Source: Eledone cirrhosa (Eukaryota). Taken from it: a stretch of DNA of 64,000 nt. Position numbers and translations under genes: made by a program. The stretch covers positions 53,134,001 through 53,198,000 of the forward strand of contig OZ024748.1 of the NCBI GenBank assembly GCA_964016885.1, given 5' to 3'. Within the stretch, counting starts at the first letter, position 1, and every line of letters begins with the position of its first letter. Below are positions 1-13,927 of the stretch, piece after piece. Under the pieces are notes generated by a model, which saw only the letters and a list, made by a program, of their open reading frames with translations, was not told the origin of the DNA and did no database searches.

Positions 1-1250
1 CAACAATCACCACTACTACAACTATCACCACAGCCCTCACAACCACCACCACCACCACCACCACCACAACAACTAGTACAATCATCATTACAACCATCCC
101 CCACCACCACAACCACTATCACCACTACTACTACCGCCACCATTACCGCTGTCACTACTACCACCACCATCACCAACACAACAGCCATCACCACTACAAC
201 AACCACCATCAACATTGTCACAGCCACCACCAACACCACCATCTGAGGTGGTGGTGTTGGTGGTAATGGTAGTTGTGATTGAGGTGGTGATGGTGGTGAT
301 GGTAGTTGTGATTGAGGTGGTGATGGTGGTGATGGTAGTTCTGACTGAGGTGGTGATGGTGGTGATGGTAGTTGTGATTGAGATGGTGATGGTGGTGATG
401 GTAGTTGTGATTGAGGTGGTGATGGTGGTGGTGATGGTGGTGGTGATGGTGGTGATGGTAGTTGTGATTGAGGTGGTGATGGTGGTGATGGTAGTTGTGA
501 TTGAGGTGGTGATGGTGGTGATGGTAGTTGTGATTGAGGTGGTGATGGTGGTGGTGATGGTGGTGATGGTAGTTGTGATTGAGGTGGTGATGGTGGTTAT
601 GGTAGTTGTGACTGAGGTGGTGATGGTGGTAATGGTAGTTGTGACTGAGGTGGTGATGGTGGTGGTGATGGTGGTGATGGTGATGGTACCATGACTACCA
701 TCACCACCTCAGTCACAACTACCATCACCACCATCACTACCATTACCACCATCACCACCATTACCACCATAGTCACACATACCATCACCACCATCACCAC
801 CACAGTCACAACTACCATCACCACCATCACCACCTCAGTCACAACTACCATTACCTCCATTACTACCATCACTACCATTACCACCAACACCACCATCACC
901 ACCATAGTCACAACTACCATCACTACCATCACCACCATAGTCACAACTACCATCACCACCATTACTACCATCACCACCATCACCACCATAGTCACAACTA
1001 CCATCACCACCATTACTACCATCACTACCATCACCACCATAGTCACAACTACCATCACCACCATCACCACCATCACCACCATAGTCACAACTACCATTAC
1101 CACCATTACTACCATCACCACCATCACCACCATAGTCACAACTACCATTACCACCATTACTACCATCACTACCATTACCACCAGTACGATAACAAACAGT
1201 ACCAGAGCCATTAACCCAACCACAGGTAACTGCACCACACCAAACGAGCC
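1..1250. repeat. (ACC/GGT)-derived minisatellite with an internal inversion
   Basis: Unit GGTAGTTGTGA(T/C)TGAGGTGGTGATGGTGGTGAT at 245-685 is followed by its reverse complement (ATCACCACCTCAGTCACAACTACC...) after the palindrome ATGGTACCAT at 683-692. Confidence 0.9.
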
Positions 1251-1489
1251 TCACCAAGACTAATTTAGCCAGAACCCCACCATCTACACAACAACAACAA
1301 CAGCAACAGCAACAATGGCGACAGAAGCAGTCTCACAATACTCACAACAGAAACCAAATGAAAAGAGGATATCTGATCTGGGCTGACTACAAATATGAAG
1401 AGAAACACAACATGAATGACAACTTCAACACCATCACACTAACAACAACAACAACAACAACAACAGCAACAACAATATGGCCACCACCA

Positions 1490-1860
1490 TTATCATCACT
1501 AACACCACAACCACTACACTAACAACAGCAACAGTAACAACAATATCAACACCAGCGACATCATCACTAACACCACAACAACTACACTAACAACAACAAC
1601 AGTAACAACAGTAACAACACCAGCGACATCATCACTAACACCACAACAACTACACTAACAACAACAACAGTAACAACAGTAACAACACCAGCGACATCAT
1701 CACTAACACCACAACAACTACACTAACAACAACAACAGTAACAACAGTAACAACACCAGTGTCATCATCACTAACATCACAACAACAACACTAACAGCAA
1801 TAACAACAGAAACAACAGTAACAACAGTAACACCATCATCAACACCATCACTAACACACA
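1490..1860 (+). repeat. AAC-rich 68-bp minisatellite
   Basis: ACCAGCGACATCATCACTAACACC recurs at 1551, 1619 and 1687 (period 68). Confidence 0.85.
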
Positions 1861-1986
1861 CACAAATCTACAATAACAACAGCAATAATAGTGTACCAAC
1901 ATTATCACCATCAACAGCGACAAGAACATAAAACTAGGAACAAATGATTTCACTGAAACCTATGACTACGTTGATATATATATATA

Positions 1987-2044
<58 letters not shown>

Positions 2045-2047
<3 letters not shown>

Positions 2048-2404
2048 TTATGAGGAAAGACGCATAGAGCACGAGAAGATTACACGGGATGTGCGTAAGC
2101 AATACCCTGGTATATCTCTCGAAATGATCGGTGTCTCCATTGAAACGTGGAAAAATTTGCTTGAAGAAATCTGGTCTCAGGAGCCACAGTCGCAACCATG
2201 TTTAGAGAGAACCAGTGAACTATGATCTCCACAGTGTTGTGAGGGTTCATGGGCAACCTGATGCAAGACCTGAGGCCAGGGAGATCCATAGTTGTCGTCA
2301 GTGTGTGAAGGAGTGCAAGTCTCTAGCAGGCTTGAAAAGCCATATCCGAGCGTCCCACATCTGAATCTGACAAGTAGTTGCAATACTCTTAGAGTCAGTT
2401 TGCA

Positions 2405-2411
<7 letters not shown>
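2045..2411 (+). mobile_element. 3' end relic of an RTE-type LINE with a C-terminal zinc-finger motif
   Basis: DYEERRIEHEKITRDVRK, then from 2290 SCRQCVKECKSLAGLKSHIRASH (CxxC...GLxSHxR). The tail ...TTGCAGCCATC is shared with the copy ending near 13580. Flanked by (TG)n and (TA)n. Confidence 0.7.
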
Positions 2412-2442
<31 letters not shown>

Positions 2443-2799
2443 AAAAAGAATAGCGACAGTTTCTCACCTGTTATGTACATTTCAAAGGCATATATATATA
2501 TCAGACCTGTCATCTCTCCCCGTCCGACGGGGAGATCTCCCACCCACTTCTTTTGAGGAAATAGGCATAGTTTTCATTATGTAAATTCTCTCCATTTTTG
2601 CCTCATTTCTCCCCGTTTTGGGAAACTTATTTTCTTTGGGGCATTGTCCGCATAAATTTGCCCCAGAGCGTCAATGATTTGGCTGCTCTTCCACCCTAGC
2701 TACACCATGAATTTGATGTTTTGATGGAGACCATGCTGCTCGTGCGGGTGCTGAATTCCGACTGGCGCCTCCGTGTTGCAACATATATTTAAGGGTTTA

Positions 2800-2918
2800 T
2801 ATTAGAACATGTTCTGACACGTTAGTACGAGAACGTACAGTTGCATTCAGATCAAAATCCCTGCATAGGATTTTTATCTATGAACCTTTTTCACGAACGT
2901 TTTGAAGCCCCCTCGTAT
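2800..2918 (-). mobile_element. mariner-type terminal inverted repeat fragment
   Basis: The reverse complement begins TACGAGGGGGCTTCAAAACGTT, a mariner-like TIR start at a TA. Confidence 0.5.
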
Positions 2919-3900
2919 ATTGACGGAAATTTGTTTTGAAACCTATAAAATTTGATACCTTTCTACTTCCTGATATCAAATCCCACCTAGGGCAACTTTA
3001 CCTTTCATCCTGCTGGTATCAAATAAATATATAATCATACTTTATTAATTAACTCTTTATCTATTAAATATACACATTCTTCCCTCACAATACAATAATA
3101 TACATGTTCACAGTATATCAATCTAATATCCATCTCATGTGTTTGATGAAGGTCCAAGCCAGAGATATATCAACGATATCTTTAAGAAACCCTACATCCA
3201 TGTTCACAGCTTCACAACTTATAATTACAAAGATATACAAATATTTGTAAGCTGCTAAAGTTTTAACAACCATTTCGTTGTGCTGTGGAAATTCTCATCA
3301 CTGATTTGTATAAAAATAAAATTCTGAATTCGGCAATAAAATATCGGCATCCTTTCAAGAATGCTGGTGATATTGGATATTATCTACCATATTAATTACG
3401 AAATACTTTCATTATCGAATACTTTTGTTTTATTTTTTAATGCTTTCCTTATTGAATACACTTATTTTCTTTAAATATAAACATATATACTGAAGTGTCG
3501 ATTTTTTTATGTCGGCTTCATAGCTATGAAAATATACTTGAAATTAAATTTAAAATAATCGATACGAAGCACAACAAATCAATGGATATTAAAACAAAGT
3601 AGGTTTATATTATATAAAGAAATAAAGATTATATTTTTAATTTAAGAACAGCAAATCAATGATATAAATAAACAATTAATGAATGTATTGTTCACGTATA
3701 GCAAGAATGTTTTCAAATGTTCCACCACCACCAACACCACCATGTTTTTATATGTCACTGCGCCATCTACAATCAAGTTCTTTCAAATAACTATCAAATA
3801 GATTTTCTCATGTGCCATTCATCCCCTATCAATTTATTATTGGCATGAAATCAAAAGGGCTCAATACCTACTGCTTGTATGTGTATGTGTGTGTGTGTTT

Positions 3901-3991
<91 letters not shown>

Positions 3992-4091
3992 TGTGTGTGC
4001 GCGCGCGCGAGTGTGCAGGCTGATTAGCAGGACTGGCTACATATTTATTTTGATTTGTAATATAATGGACAAATGCATGTGACAACTATAT

Positions 4092-4270
4092 ATCATCATC
4101 GTCATCATCATCATCACCGTTTAACGTCCATGTTTCCACACTAGCATGGGTTAGACGAGTTGTTTCGTTGTGAGACGAGCGAGATCAGATGACTGTGTCG
4201 TGTCTTACCCGTTCAGGACTGATTTGGACTTAGTTTCTACGACTGGATACTCTTCCTATCGTCAACAACA
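4092..4270 (-). mobile_element. SINE/LINE 3' portion with RTE-type tail ending in (GAT)n
   Basis: CATCATC-GTTTAACGTCC...CTAGCATGGGTTAGAC...TTTCTACG(A/G)CTGGAT. Homologous to 17938-17980, 18273-18470 and 21160-21370. Confidence 0.7.
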
Positions 4271-4364
4271 TTTACAGCACAAATAATGTTAAGCAATTGT
4301 CCGATGCTCTACCAATTCTGTTAATAATGATGAAACCTTTCCTAGCACGAAAGCATAAGATAAT

Positions 4365-4555
4365 GGTTTCTGATTTAGGCACAGGTGCACAGTCAACAAT
4401 TTTACAAGGAGGGGAAAGTTGATTAAATCGATCCCAGTGCATTATTGGTTCTTTATTTTATCGATCCTGTAAGGATGAAAGGCAAAGTTAACCTCGGCGA
4501 GATTTGAATTCAGAATGGCAAGGGCCGTAACTCCATGCGTCAAAGCACCGCCCTT
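4365..4555 (-). mobile_element. tRNA-derived SINE (main family), 5'-degraded
   Basis: Reverse complement of the family core CCGAGGTTAACTTTGCCTTTCATCCTTAC..GTCGATAAAATAAAG. Confidence 0.85.
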
Positions 4556-4744
4556 TGAAAACATAAGATAATGAAAGTATTCTTTAATTACTTTGGTATG
4601 CTAATCTCTACTGCCATGGAAACGTTAATTAAATTCATCTTTAATAATAAGGGATTATCAAGAAATATAAATATGTTTCTATTGATTTTAATTTTAAATT
4701 GTTTAAAGAATTGAAACATTTTTCTATCCTTTATTATTATTTAA

Positions 4745-4865
4745 TTCTGAGTTCAAATCCCGCCGAGGTTAACTTTGCCTTTCATCCTTACGAGGTCGAT
4801 GAAATAAAGTACCAGTAATACACTGGATAATTGCTGGCCTTGTGCCAAAAAGTAGAAACAATTAT
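4745..4865 (+). mobile_element. tRNA-derived SINE (main family), 5'-truncated
   Basis: B-box GAGTTCAAATCCC, core GCCTTTCATCCTTACGAGGTCGATGAAATAAAGTACCAG and tail GGCCTTGTGCCAAAAAGTAGAAAC. Confidence 0.9.
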
Positions 4866-5562
4866 TATTTATAATTGTGACAATTTCCAAATGGCTTCTT
4901 TGAAAATGAGTGAAGATCTGTGTCAGTAAAACCAATCAATGCAAAGTTCAGAAGTATTAGGTGTGTGGCGGCGAGGGTGGGGGCGGGGGGGGGGGGGGTT
5001 ATTTACTGTCACTTGTCACTTCTGTTCTCTTTGTGAGTATATAATATATAGGGAAAAACTGTAGCTGAACGGTCGATTTGGTAGGGAAAGGGTTGGCAAA
5101 ACAAGAGGAATAGTGTTAGTAGCTAAGAAATAGGGGAGGAGTAAAATGCGGAGGAGGGAAAGAGGAGGAGGGGGTGGGCGAATTGGTGTGGTTCTTTGAG
5201 ATACCATTATGGTCCACATTAGTCTGTCATTGGATCTACATCTCTCTATGTGGTTAGTAAAATAATTTCATTTTAGCGGCTGTATCGGTTAGCATCGGAC
5301 AACTTGCATCTGAAATGACAGTAAGGTCTACGGCTCACAGTTATATAGGTTTAGTTGCACTCATACAACGTTGTATCACCCAGGAGGTTTCTCGGGTGAT
5401 TTAATGATAGAGTTCCCAGTCCTTCCTAACATGTTGTTACGGCTCACGCCTATAAGGTTTATTTGACCTCCTACAAGATTGTATGTATATATGTATATAT
5501 ATATAAATATGTATATATATATTTATTGGGCCGTCAAGTATCAAATTTGTAGAAATTTGTAT

Positions 5563-5596
<34 letters not shown>

Positions 5597-6156
5597 TTAT
5601 TGGGCCGTCAAGTATGAAATTTGTAGATATATATATATATATATATATATATTGAGGTGTGTGTATGTATATTATATATATATGTATATATATTTATGTG
5701 TGTGTGTGTGTATATATATATTTATATATACATACACACATACATAGATATGTATATATATGTGTGTGCGCATGTATGTACGTATATATATATATAATGA
5801 ACACTGCTAATATTTCTATAATTTACATAAATAACATATAACATTTCTCTTTTCATTTCATTTTTTATTTTTGGTGAAATTCTATGCAAACAACATATTA
5901 TTTTGGAAATATATTAAATTAAAATAAAACCAACTAAAATAATCTGGAGAAGAAAATTAAACATAAAAGCCGTACACAAACAAATAGCTGAATCAGAATG
6001 TATAAAGAATTTATATGAGGAGGAAAAACCTTGTAGCAATTTTATGTTGTGATGAGGAAAGAGGAAAAAAAAACACACGCATCATTAATATGTGTGTGTG
6101 TGTGTGTGAGTGTGTGAGAATCTATATATATATATATATTTATATAAATAAATATA

Positions 6157-6189
<33 letters not shown>

Positions 6190-6285
6190 CATATTTAAAA
6201 TGAGAAACTTGTAAAACATGCACTCTTCAAAAAAGAATTTGTTTTAAGTTAGATAACCAAAAAAATGTTCAAATACGTGTACATG

Positions 6286-6317
<32 letters not shown>

Positions 6318-6337
6318 ATCATTATGTTTTATGTAAC

Positions 6338-6385
<48 letters not shown>

Positions 6386-6549
6386 ATATACATATTAAGT
6401 AATATAAAGTCACATGACCAGAATTTATGAAAGCAAAATTAAAAATAAAAAATGCTTCAATTTTCAAATATTTCACACTTTATATTCCCTTTGTGAAGGG
6501 AATTTGTGAAAATATATGAATATTAAGGTTAATATGTTATACATAACTG

Positions 6550-6620
6550 ACTTTGTATATATTATGTGTATGTATGTATAGATGGGTTTGTATATATATA
6601 TATATATATGTGTGTGTATA

Positions 6621-6707
<87 letters not shown>

Positions 6708-6713
6708 TTATGT

Positions 6714-6747
<34 letters not shown>

Positions 6748-6764
6748 GTATGTATATATATATA

Positions 6765-6795
<31 letters not shown>

Positions 6796-7110
6796 GTATA
6801 TGTATATATATATAATATAATATATATCTATACATGCATATATGTTTATTTACGTATATATATATATATTTATATATATATATATATATATACGAAAATA
6901 ATCATATATTCATGTATAGATATATATTATATTATATATATATATATGTATGTATATGTATATATATATAATATAATATATAATTATACATGCATATATA
7001 TATATATATATGCATATATATATCTACATATATATATATGCATATATATATACCTATATATATATATGCATATATATATATATATATATGTATATATATG
7101 TATATATATG

Positions 7111-7173
<63 letters not shown>

Positions 7174-7174
7174 G

Positions 7175-7205
<31 letters not shown>

Positions 7206-7210
7206 GTATA

Positions 7211-7242
<32 letters not shown>

Positions 7243-7295
7243 CATACATATATATAAATATATATATACATATATATATATACATATACATATAA

Positions 7296-7358
<63 letters not shown>

Positions 7359-7385
7359 CATATACATATAAATATATATATATAC

Positions 7386-7434
<49 letters not shown>

Positions 7435-7447
7435 CATATACATATAA

Positions 7448-7495
<48 letters not shown>

Positions 7496-7500
7496 GTATG
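6550..7500. repeat. about 1 kb interrupted (TA)n/(TG)n microsatellite
   Basis: Seen directly; source of the spurious YI-repeat ORFs. Confidence 0.95.
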
Positions 7501-7859
7501 TATGTGTCAGTGAATGCCTACATGCATGTAAATTATCAAATTTTCTATTTTATTATGTTTTAATGCTATACTGTATATTGTGGCAACATAAAAGTCAAGT
7601 GTACAGCATATGTTTCTATTGGAGTCATGTAAATCATAGAGAATGATGTGCAAATCAACGAATGAACAAATAATAATATTTCAATGTTGATTTAACTGGC
7701 TTCTGGCTTGTTATAACGATGCTTCATTGCTTTGCAGTTTAAAAAAAGCAAGCAACAACAAAAACAAAATATCTTGTATTGCAAAAAATGAATATATATA
7801 TATATATATATATCTGTATATCTGTATATATGTGCACTCACACACATATATACACACAC

Positions 7860-7913
<54 letters not shown>

Positions 7914-8021
7914 GTATATACATATATATATAATATTTACCAAGACGAGAGGGAAAATATTTTCCATTTATACATGTGTGCGTGTGTGTATACATATGTC
8001 TATACACATACTCACACACAC

Positions 8022-8071
<50 letters not shown>

Positions 8072-8609
8072 TATCGATGTATCATATTTTTGGGAAGATG
8101 AAAACTTTACGAACGATGAACTTTGAACCTTCATATTTCTTATTTTAAGAAACATGAAACTCTCTTTTCTAACAATTACTGAAATTTTTAGCTTCCAATA
8201 AATGTAGATAAAATTCTATATTTCGTATTGAGTACTCCCTCTTTTTCTTCTTTGGCTACGGTTTATGTCAATACACATACAGTACGTACGCAGTGACCCT
8301 GAACAAATATAGAGCGCTCTACCGACCGTGTCATATCAACCGCTAATAACTGAATTCGTGGAATTTGGATGACGTGTAATCGTTTGGCAATATAATTAAT
8401 TAAATAATTAGTGATGCCCAACACAGCTTGTGTTACAAATTAAGATTGCACATCCATCAAATCATGCTTGCTTCATTTCTCTCTAGCCTACCAATCTCCT
8501 CTGCATGCACCTTTTACGCATTTTTTTTTTTTTTTATGAAAAAGATATTTTACTATTCTTTCCTCTTCTTACTTTTTATCTTGATGTTATCTTTTAATTC
8601 TCATTTTAT

Positions 8610-8645
8610 TGTCTGATGAAGTTCTTCTGTCCGAAACGTATATTC
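8610..8645 (+). ncRNA. degenerate hammerhead motif in a PLE-LTR-like element
   Basis: CTGATGAAG..GTCCGAAACGT with stem II decayed. Downstream sequence (CAAGCGTTAAACTAAT, TTGTTGTTTCCGTTT) resembles the 41.7 and 51.8 kb elements. Confidence 0.45.
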
Positions 8646-9314
8646 TTTTCCTACTATATCAAGCGTTAAACTAATGTATTTCGTCATTGCACTGTGTTGT
8701 TTGCTTTGTTGTTTCCGTTTAAATTTTGCAGACCAACCCATATATATAAATATAATTGTAAGGGACTATTCTGAGTTTCTAACTCAATATATACTTTTGA
8801 TATATAAATAGATATAGTGTTTAAATTAAAAGCCTCGCTGTGTAAATGAATAAATGTTATCATACATTTCCTTAAGCCCTCATTCACACAAAAACATAAG
8901 AAATTGTCTTTATATGTTCTGGTTCTTTACATTTGAGTTTAAATCCAGCTGAGGTCGATTTTGCCTTTCACCTTTCCAGGATTGATAAAATAAAGTACCA
9001 GTCATTTTCTGGGGTTATTTCATCAACTTTGCCATCCCACACAAATTTACTGACTTTGTGCTTAAATTAGAAGTCAATATCATAAATAAAATAATATAAT
9101 ACATAAACCCCAAGTTGATAAAAAAAAAGTGAGTATATATATATATATATATATATACAATATATATATATATACACACAAAAAGTTATGAAACGAAAGG
9201 AGCTGTGTGGTTACTAAAAACAAGGATGGTGGTTAGGACGGAACAGGAGGAAAAACGAAGAAAGGAGTTTCCATCGTCAGCTGTAAATGTATCCCGAACC
9301 GATGTTTCGGCGCG

Positions 9315-9358
<44 letters not shown>

Positions 9359-9418
9359 GCTCTGATACCATCAACACTATAAACACAGCACAGAGCTGGC
9401 ATATCTAAGAACTGACTA

Positions 9419-9474
9419 ACTGCCTGATGAGGTCATAGCCATTCAATGGCTATCATCGAAATATATATAGCAGT
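9419..9474 (+). ncRNA. type I hammerhead ribozyme
   Basis: Stem I ACTGC/GCAGT, core CTGATGA (9424), stem II ATAGCCAT-TCA-ATGGCTAT, GAAA (9458), palindromic stem III ATATATAT, cleavage triplet AUA. AATAAA follows immediately. Confidence 0.75.
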
Positions 9475-9515
9475 AAATAAAGGATTATGAGTTAATGCAA
9501 TTGACTTATGTTTCG

Positions 9516-9580
<65 letters not shown>

Positions 9581-9726
9581 TGTGTGTGTGTGTGTTTGTG
9601 TGTGTGTGTTTGTGTGTGTGTGTCCGTATTTATGTGTTTATGAGTGGGAGTTTATATGCGTGAATTAAATGCTCTTGTGTGATAATATAAGACATTATAA
9701 ACCTCGATTTGAGAGACAAGAGCCAT

Positions 9727-10010
9727 ACGATCGTCGGCTGAAAAGTTCATAGGCTGACCAAGATACTCTCATGGAATGACCAAATGAACTATATTTTCCA
9801 ACACAGTACCTGGAAAGAAACAATGCAGTTATTCATAAGAAGAGTTGAAATAATGCATGCAAGATTTCCCACCCTTAACATCACTCCTTCATAATCACCC
9901 TATAATCAAGATACTCTCATGGAATGACCAAATAAAGTTTATTTTTCAACATAGAAGAGTTGAAATTAATGCATGCAAGATTTCACAGCACTAGAATCAC
10001 TCCTTCATAC
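9727..10010 (+). mobile_element. mariner-derived MITE fragment with internal duplication
   Basis: TACGA..GTCGGCTGAAAAGTTCATAGGCTGACCAAGATACTCTCATGGAATGACCAAAT. Same family at 37750-37890, 57066-57411 and 61947-62300. Confidence 0.75.
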
Positions 10011-10624
10011 TCAGAGCGCAGCAAAGAACCGAAACGAATACTGCACAGCATCCTATCCGACCTTCCAACGGCGCCGCCTAAAAATAAAAAGAAATGTCCT
10101 TCAACAGTACGAATAACATATTTCGTACTCATCATTAAAAATAATTTTCTGATATTTTTGAAATTTAATTTATTCTCATTTATTACGCTCGAAACTAGTA
10201 CTTTCTTATGTTTTTCTTTTCTCGCGATTTGCAGTATATTTAGCTGCAGATTAGGAAATAATATTTAACTTGGTGGAATTAAAATCCCAAGTTAACTGTA
10301 ATTATATGGATGATAATATTTCTGTAGATTATTTGCCTTCATTTCATCATGCTGTATATAGAAGCAAGTCCTGTTCTCCCTCATTTAATTATATATTTGT
10401 TAGAGATGATGACCAAGCCGTTCACAGTTGCTAGTATAAATTTAACAAGTGAGAAAGAAACATTCAATTGTACAATACAACATGTAGAAGAAGAAATAAA
10501 TAGTTTTATATATAAAGATGTTTATTTTTTTATATGATTAGAATGTATATTCTGTTGTCATGGAGTTGTTAATGTGCTTCTAAGGCAAAACTAAATATAC
10601 TTTAAATATATTAATGTGTAGTAC

Positions 10625-10656
<32 letters not shown>

Positions 10657-10810
10657 GCATACATACGCACATGCATGCATGCATACATACATTATATACA
10701 TACACACATGCATATATACATACATACACACACACATACATACATACACACACATACACACACAACATAATACATACATACATAGGTGTGTGTGTATTGA
10801 AAAGAAAAAT

Positions 10811-10856
<46 letters not shown>

Positions 10857-11029
10857 CTAATTATTTAACACTTGTGTTGTACAGAATGTAATGTAATTCA
10901 TTGATCCATAGTTTTGTTTGACTCAGTGTTTCGTTAGGCTCTCTATAGTATAGTGGTATAGTGTCTGTAATAAGAAGTCCTACTCCACGCCAGCTACCGG
11001 GAACACGTGTGGAGTTCTCCTCTCTTCGG

Positions 11030-11890
11030 AGAGGTGCATCCATGCGAGGTGGAGAGATACTATGCTGATCTACTAAACCCAATCGCAACAACTTCTGATA
11101 TACACGAGATGTATCTTGGAAACAGTGAGTAATCTCTCAGAGGCTGAGGTCTCAAGAGCAGTTAAAGAGCTCAAATGTGGAGAAGATGGAACCTGGCCTG
11201 AGATGTTAAAAGCCTTAAATAAAGAAGGTGGTCATGATCTCTGGAAAGGCATCGATGCAATAGCAATCGGGAGTGATAATCCCAATTTTCAAAAGGGGAG
11301 ACAAGAGAGATTGTTCCAATTACAGAGAGATCTCCTTGTTAAGCCTCCCTGGTAAAATCTATGCTAAGTGTCTGGCAAAGAGATGCAGGGGGGTTGTTGA
11401 GTCCAAGCTAGCTGATGAACAGTGTGGTGTTTGCCCCAGATGCAGCACAGCTGACCAAATATTCACACTACGGCAGATCTTCGAAATATCGGGGGAGAAT
11501 TGCGAAGAAGTATATTCTTGTTTTGTTTAGACCTCGAAAAGATATATGGCCGCGTTCCTGGAGACCTGCTGCGTAAGGTTGTGCAGGAGTATGGGATCGA
11601 TTGTCAGCTTCTATTCAGCGCGGTGAGTTAGCAGTATCGGTTGAGAATGTCTCAGGAAAGAATCGCTGGACAGATTTTACGGGCAAAACTAACCGGCAAG
11701 AGACCCAGGCGTAGACCCCGAGCAAGATGGATGGACAACATCTATGAGCTTAGCTGGTCACGCTTGGAGATCCAGTCGGATCAATTGGGGACGGTTGCTT
11801 CTGACAGGACCCACAGGAAGGAGTTCTTGAGGACTCTGCCCCCACGACCCTCTCAGGAATAAGTGGGAGGAGAAGAAGAAGAAGAAGAAG
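11030..11890 (+). mobile_element. internally deleted RTE-clade LINE (Expander/Rex3-like) RT relic
   Basis: IPIFKRGDKRDCSNYREISLLSLPGKIYAK...EQCG...STADQIFTLRQIFE...CFV*LEK (RT N-terminal motifs), then a jump to the C-terminal GKRPRRRPRARW...LPPRPSQE* and a (GAA)n tail. Contains stops and frameshifts. Confidence 0.9.
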
Positions 11891-12051
11891 AGAGTCTTTA
11901 TTAGAAATAATTGTTTCAGAAATAATGAAATACAGTAACGAGTTTATAGTTGTGACAAGAGAACATAGAGTAACTTTCTGTGGAAATCCATCTCAACTTA
12001 TAAATATGATAACTATATATACAAATTAATTTTAATTTATCAACCTATCTA

Positions 12052-12275
12052 GGGTAGTGGATTGTCAGAATTGGTAGAGCATCGGGCGACATGCGTCACG
12101 GCATATAGTTACGTCCGTTCATATTCTGAGTTCAAATCCCGCCGAGGTTAGCTTTGCCTTTTATCCTTACGGGGTCGATAAATTAAAGCATCAGTAATAC
12201 ACTAGAACCGATTTAATCGACCCCCCCCCCCCCACCTCAAATTGCTGGCCTTGTGCTTAAAGTAGAAACAATTAT
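12052..12275 (+). mobile_element. full-length tRNA-derived SINE (main family)
   Basis: A-box-like TGTCAGAATTGG, B-box GAGTTCAAATCCC, core and tail GGCCTTGTGCTTAAAGTAGAAAC. Confidence 0.9.
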
Positions 12276-12389
12276 TCATATTTGTAATTTACGTAGCAAT
12301 AAAGTCATAACACCGACTCCCCATAGAGCCATTGTGCACGTCACAGTTAATCAATATCTCAGTTAGACTAACTAGATGCGCTAGAAGAC

Positions 12390-13367
12390 TGTCACACCTG
12401 CGGCATCGTTTACATCCAATGATATAGACCAGTTCTTCTTTGGGGACAAATGTCACACCTGCGGCATCGTTTACATCCAATGATTTAGACCAGTTCTTCT
12501 TTGGGGACAAGTGACACACCTGCGGCATCGTTTACATCCAATGATATAGACCAGTTCTTCTTTGGGGACAAATGACACACCTGCGGCATCGTTTACATCC
12601 AATGATATAGACCAGTTCTTCTTTGGGGACAAATGTCACACCTGCGGCATCGTTTACATCCAATGATATAGACCAGTTCTTCTTTGGGGACAAATGACAC
12701 ACCTGCGGCATCGTTTACATCCAATGATATAGACCAGTTCTTCTTTGGGGACAAATGACACACCTGCGGCATCGTTTACATCCAATGATGTAGACCAGTC
12801 CTTCTTTGGGGACAAATGACACACCTGCGGCATCGTTTACATCCAATGATATAGACCAGTTCTTCTTTGGGGACAAATGTCACACCTGCGGCATCGTTTA
12901 CATCCAATGATATAGACCAGTTCTTCTTTGGGGACAAATGACACACCTGCGGCATCGTTTACATCCAATGATATAGACCAGTTCTTCTTTGGGGACAAAT
13001 GACACACCTGCGGCATCGTTTACATCCAATGATATAGACCAGTTCTTCTTTGGGGACAAATGTCACACCTGCGGCATCTTTTACATCCAATGATATAGAC
13101 CAGTTCTTCTTTGGGGACAAATGTCACACCTGCGGCATCGTTTACATCCAATGATATAGACCAGTTCTTCTTTGGGGACAAATGTCACACCTGCGGCATC
13201 GTTTACATCCAATGATATAGACCAGTTCTTCTTTGGGGACAAATGACACACCTGCGGCATCGTTTACATCCAATGATATAGACCAGTTCTTCTTTGGGGA
13301 CAAATGACACACCTGCGGCATCGTTTACATCCAATGATATAGACCAGTTCTTCTTTGGGGACAAATG
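12390..13367 (+). repeat. 61-bp tandem satellite, about 16 near-identical copies
   Basis: Unit G(T/A)CACACCTGCGGCATCGTTTACATCCAATGATATAGACCAGTTCTTCTTTGGGGACAAAT, head-to-tail with no spacers. Confidence 0.97.
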
Positions 13368-13590
13368 CATTCGATATTCAGAGAGTGAACTCGCCCCCGC
13401 GCAAAGTCTTTCTTCCTTAAAAAAGCTTCGAGCAACGGCATTGCTTGATATGTCAGCTTCTTTGCAATGCATGTTATTGCTGGCCACAGGAAAGTCCCTA
13501 GCAGGACTAAAAACCCACGTCCGTAATAGTCGTACTTAAGTATCAAGTGATGACATTACTCGAAATCGAGTTGCGGCCATTATCATCATA
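13368..13590 (+). mobile_element. RTE-type LINE 3' end relic continuing from the 61-bp array
   Basis: ...GKSLAGLKTHVRNSRT* and the tail CTCGAAATCGAGTTGCGGCCAT, homologous to 2290-2411. Confidence 0.65.
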
Positions 13591-13608
13591 TATGCATGTA
13601 TGTGTGTC

Positions 13609-13659
<51 letters not shown>

Positions 13660-13759
13660 ATATATGCATGTGAGTGTGTGTATATGTGCTTATATGTGCG
13701 CGTGTTTGTATTTATGCATGTGCGTATGTATGTATATGTGTATGTATGTTTGTGGATGT

Positions 13760-13888
13760 GTGTATAAGTGCATATGTATATATGTACGTACGTACATTTA
13801 TGTATATATATATATGTGTATGTATATATATGTGTATGTTTGTGCATGTGTGTGTAAGTGCATATGTATATATGTACGTACGTACATT

Positions 13889-13927
<39 letters not shown>

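Noticed and set aside
215-1263. Val/Met-, Thr- and Gly-rich ORFs
   Set aside because: Trinucleotide-derived repeats are open in several frames on both strands; no splice or domain support.
6473-8148. YI/CV/HT-repeat ORFs here and throughout the window
   Set aside because: Translations of dinucleotide microsatellites.
12390-13367. CRISPR-like regular array
   Set aside because: Units are contiguous and near-identical with no unique spacers, there are no cas genes, and the context is eukaryotic.
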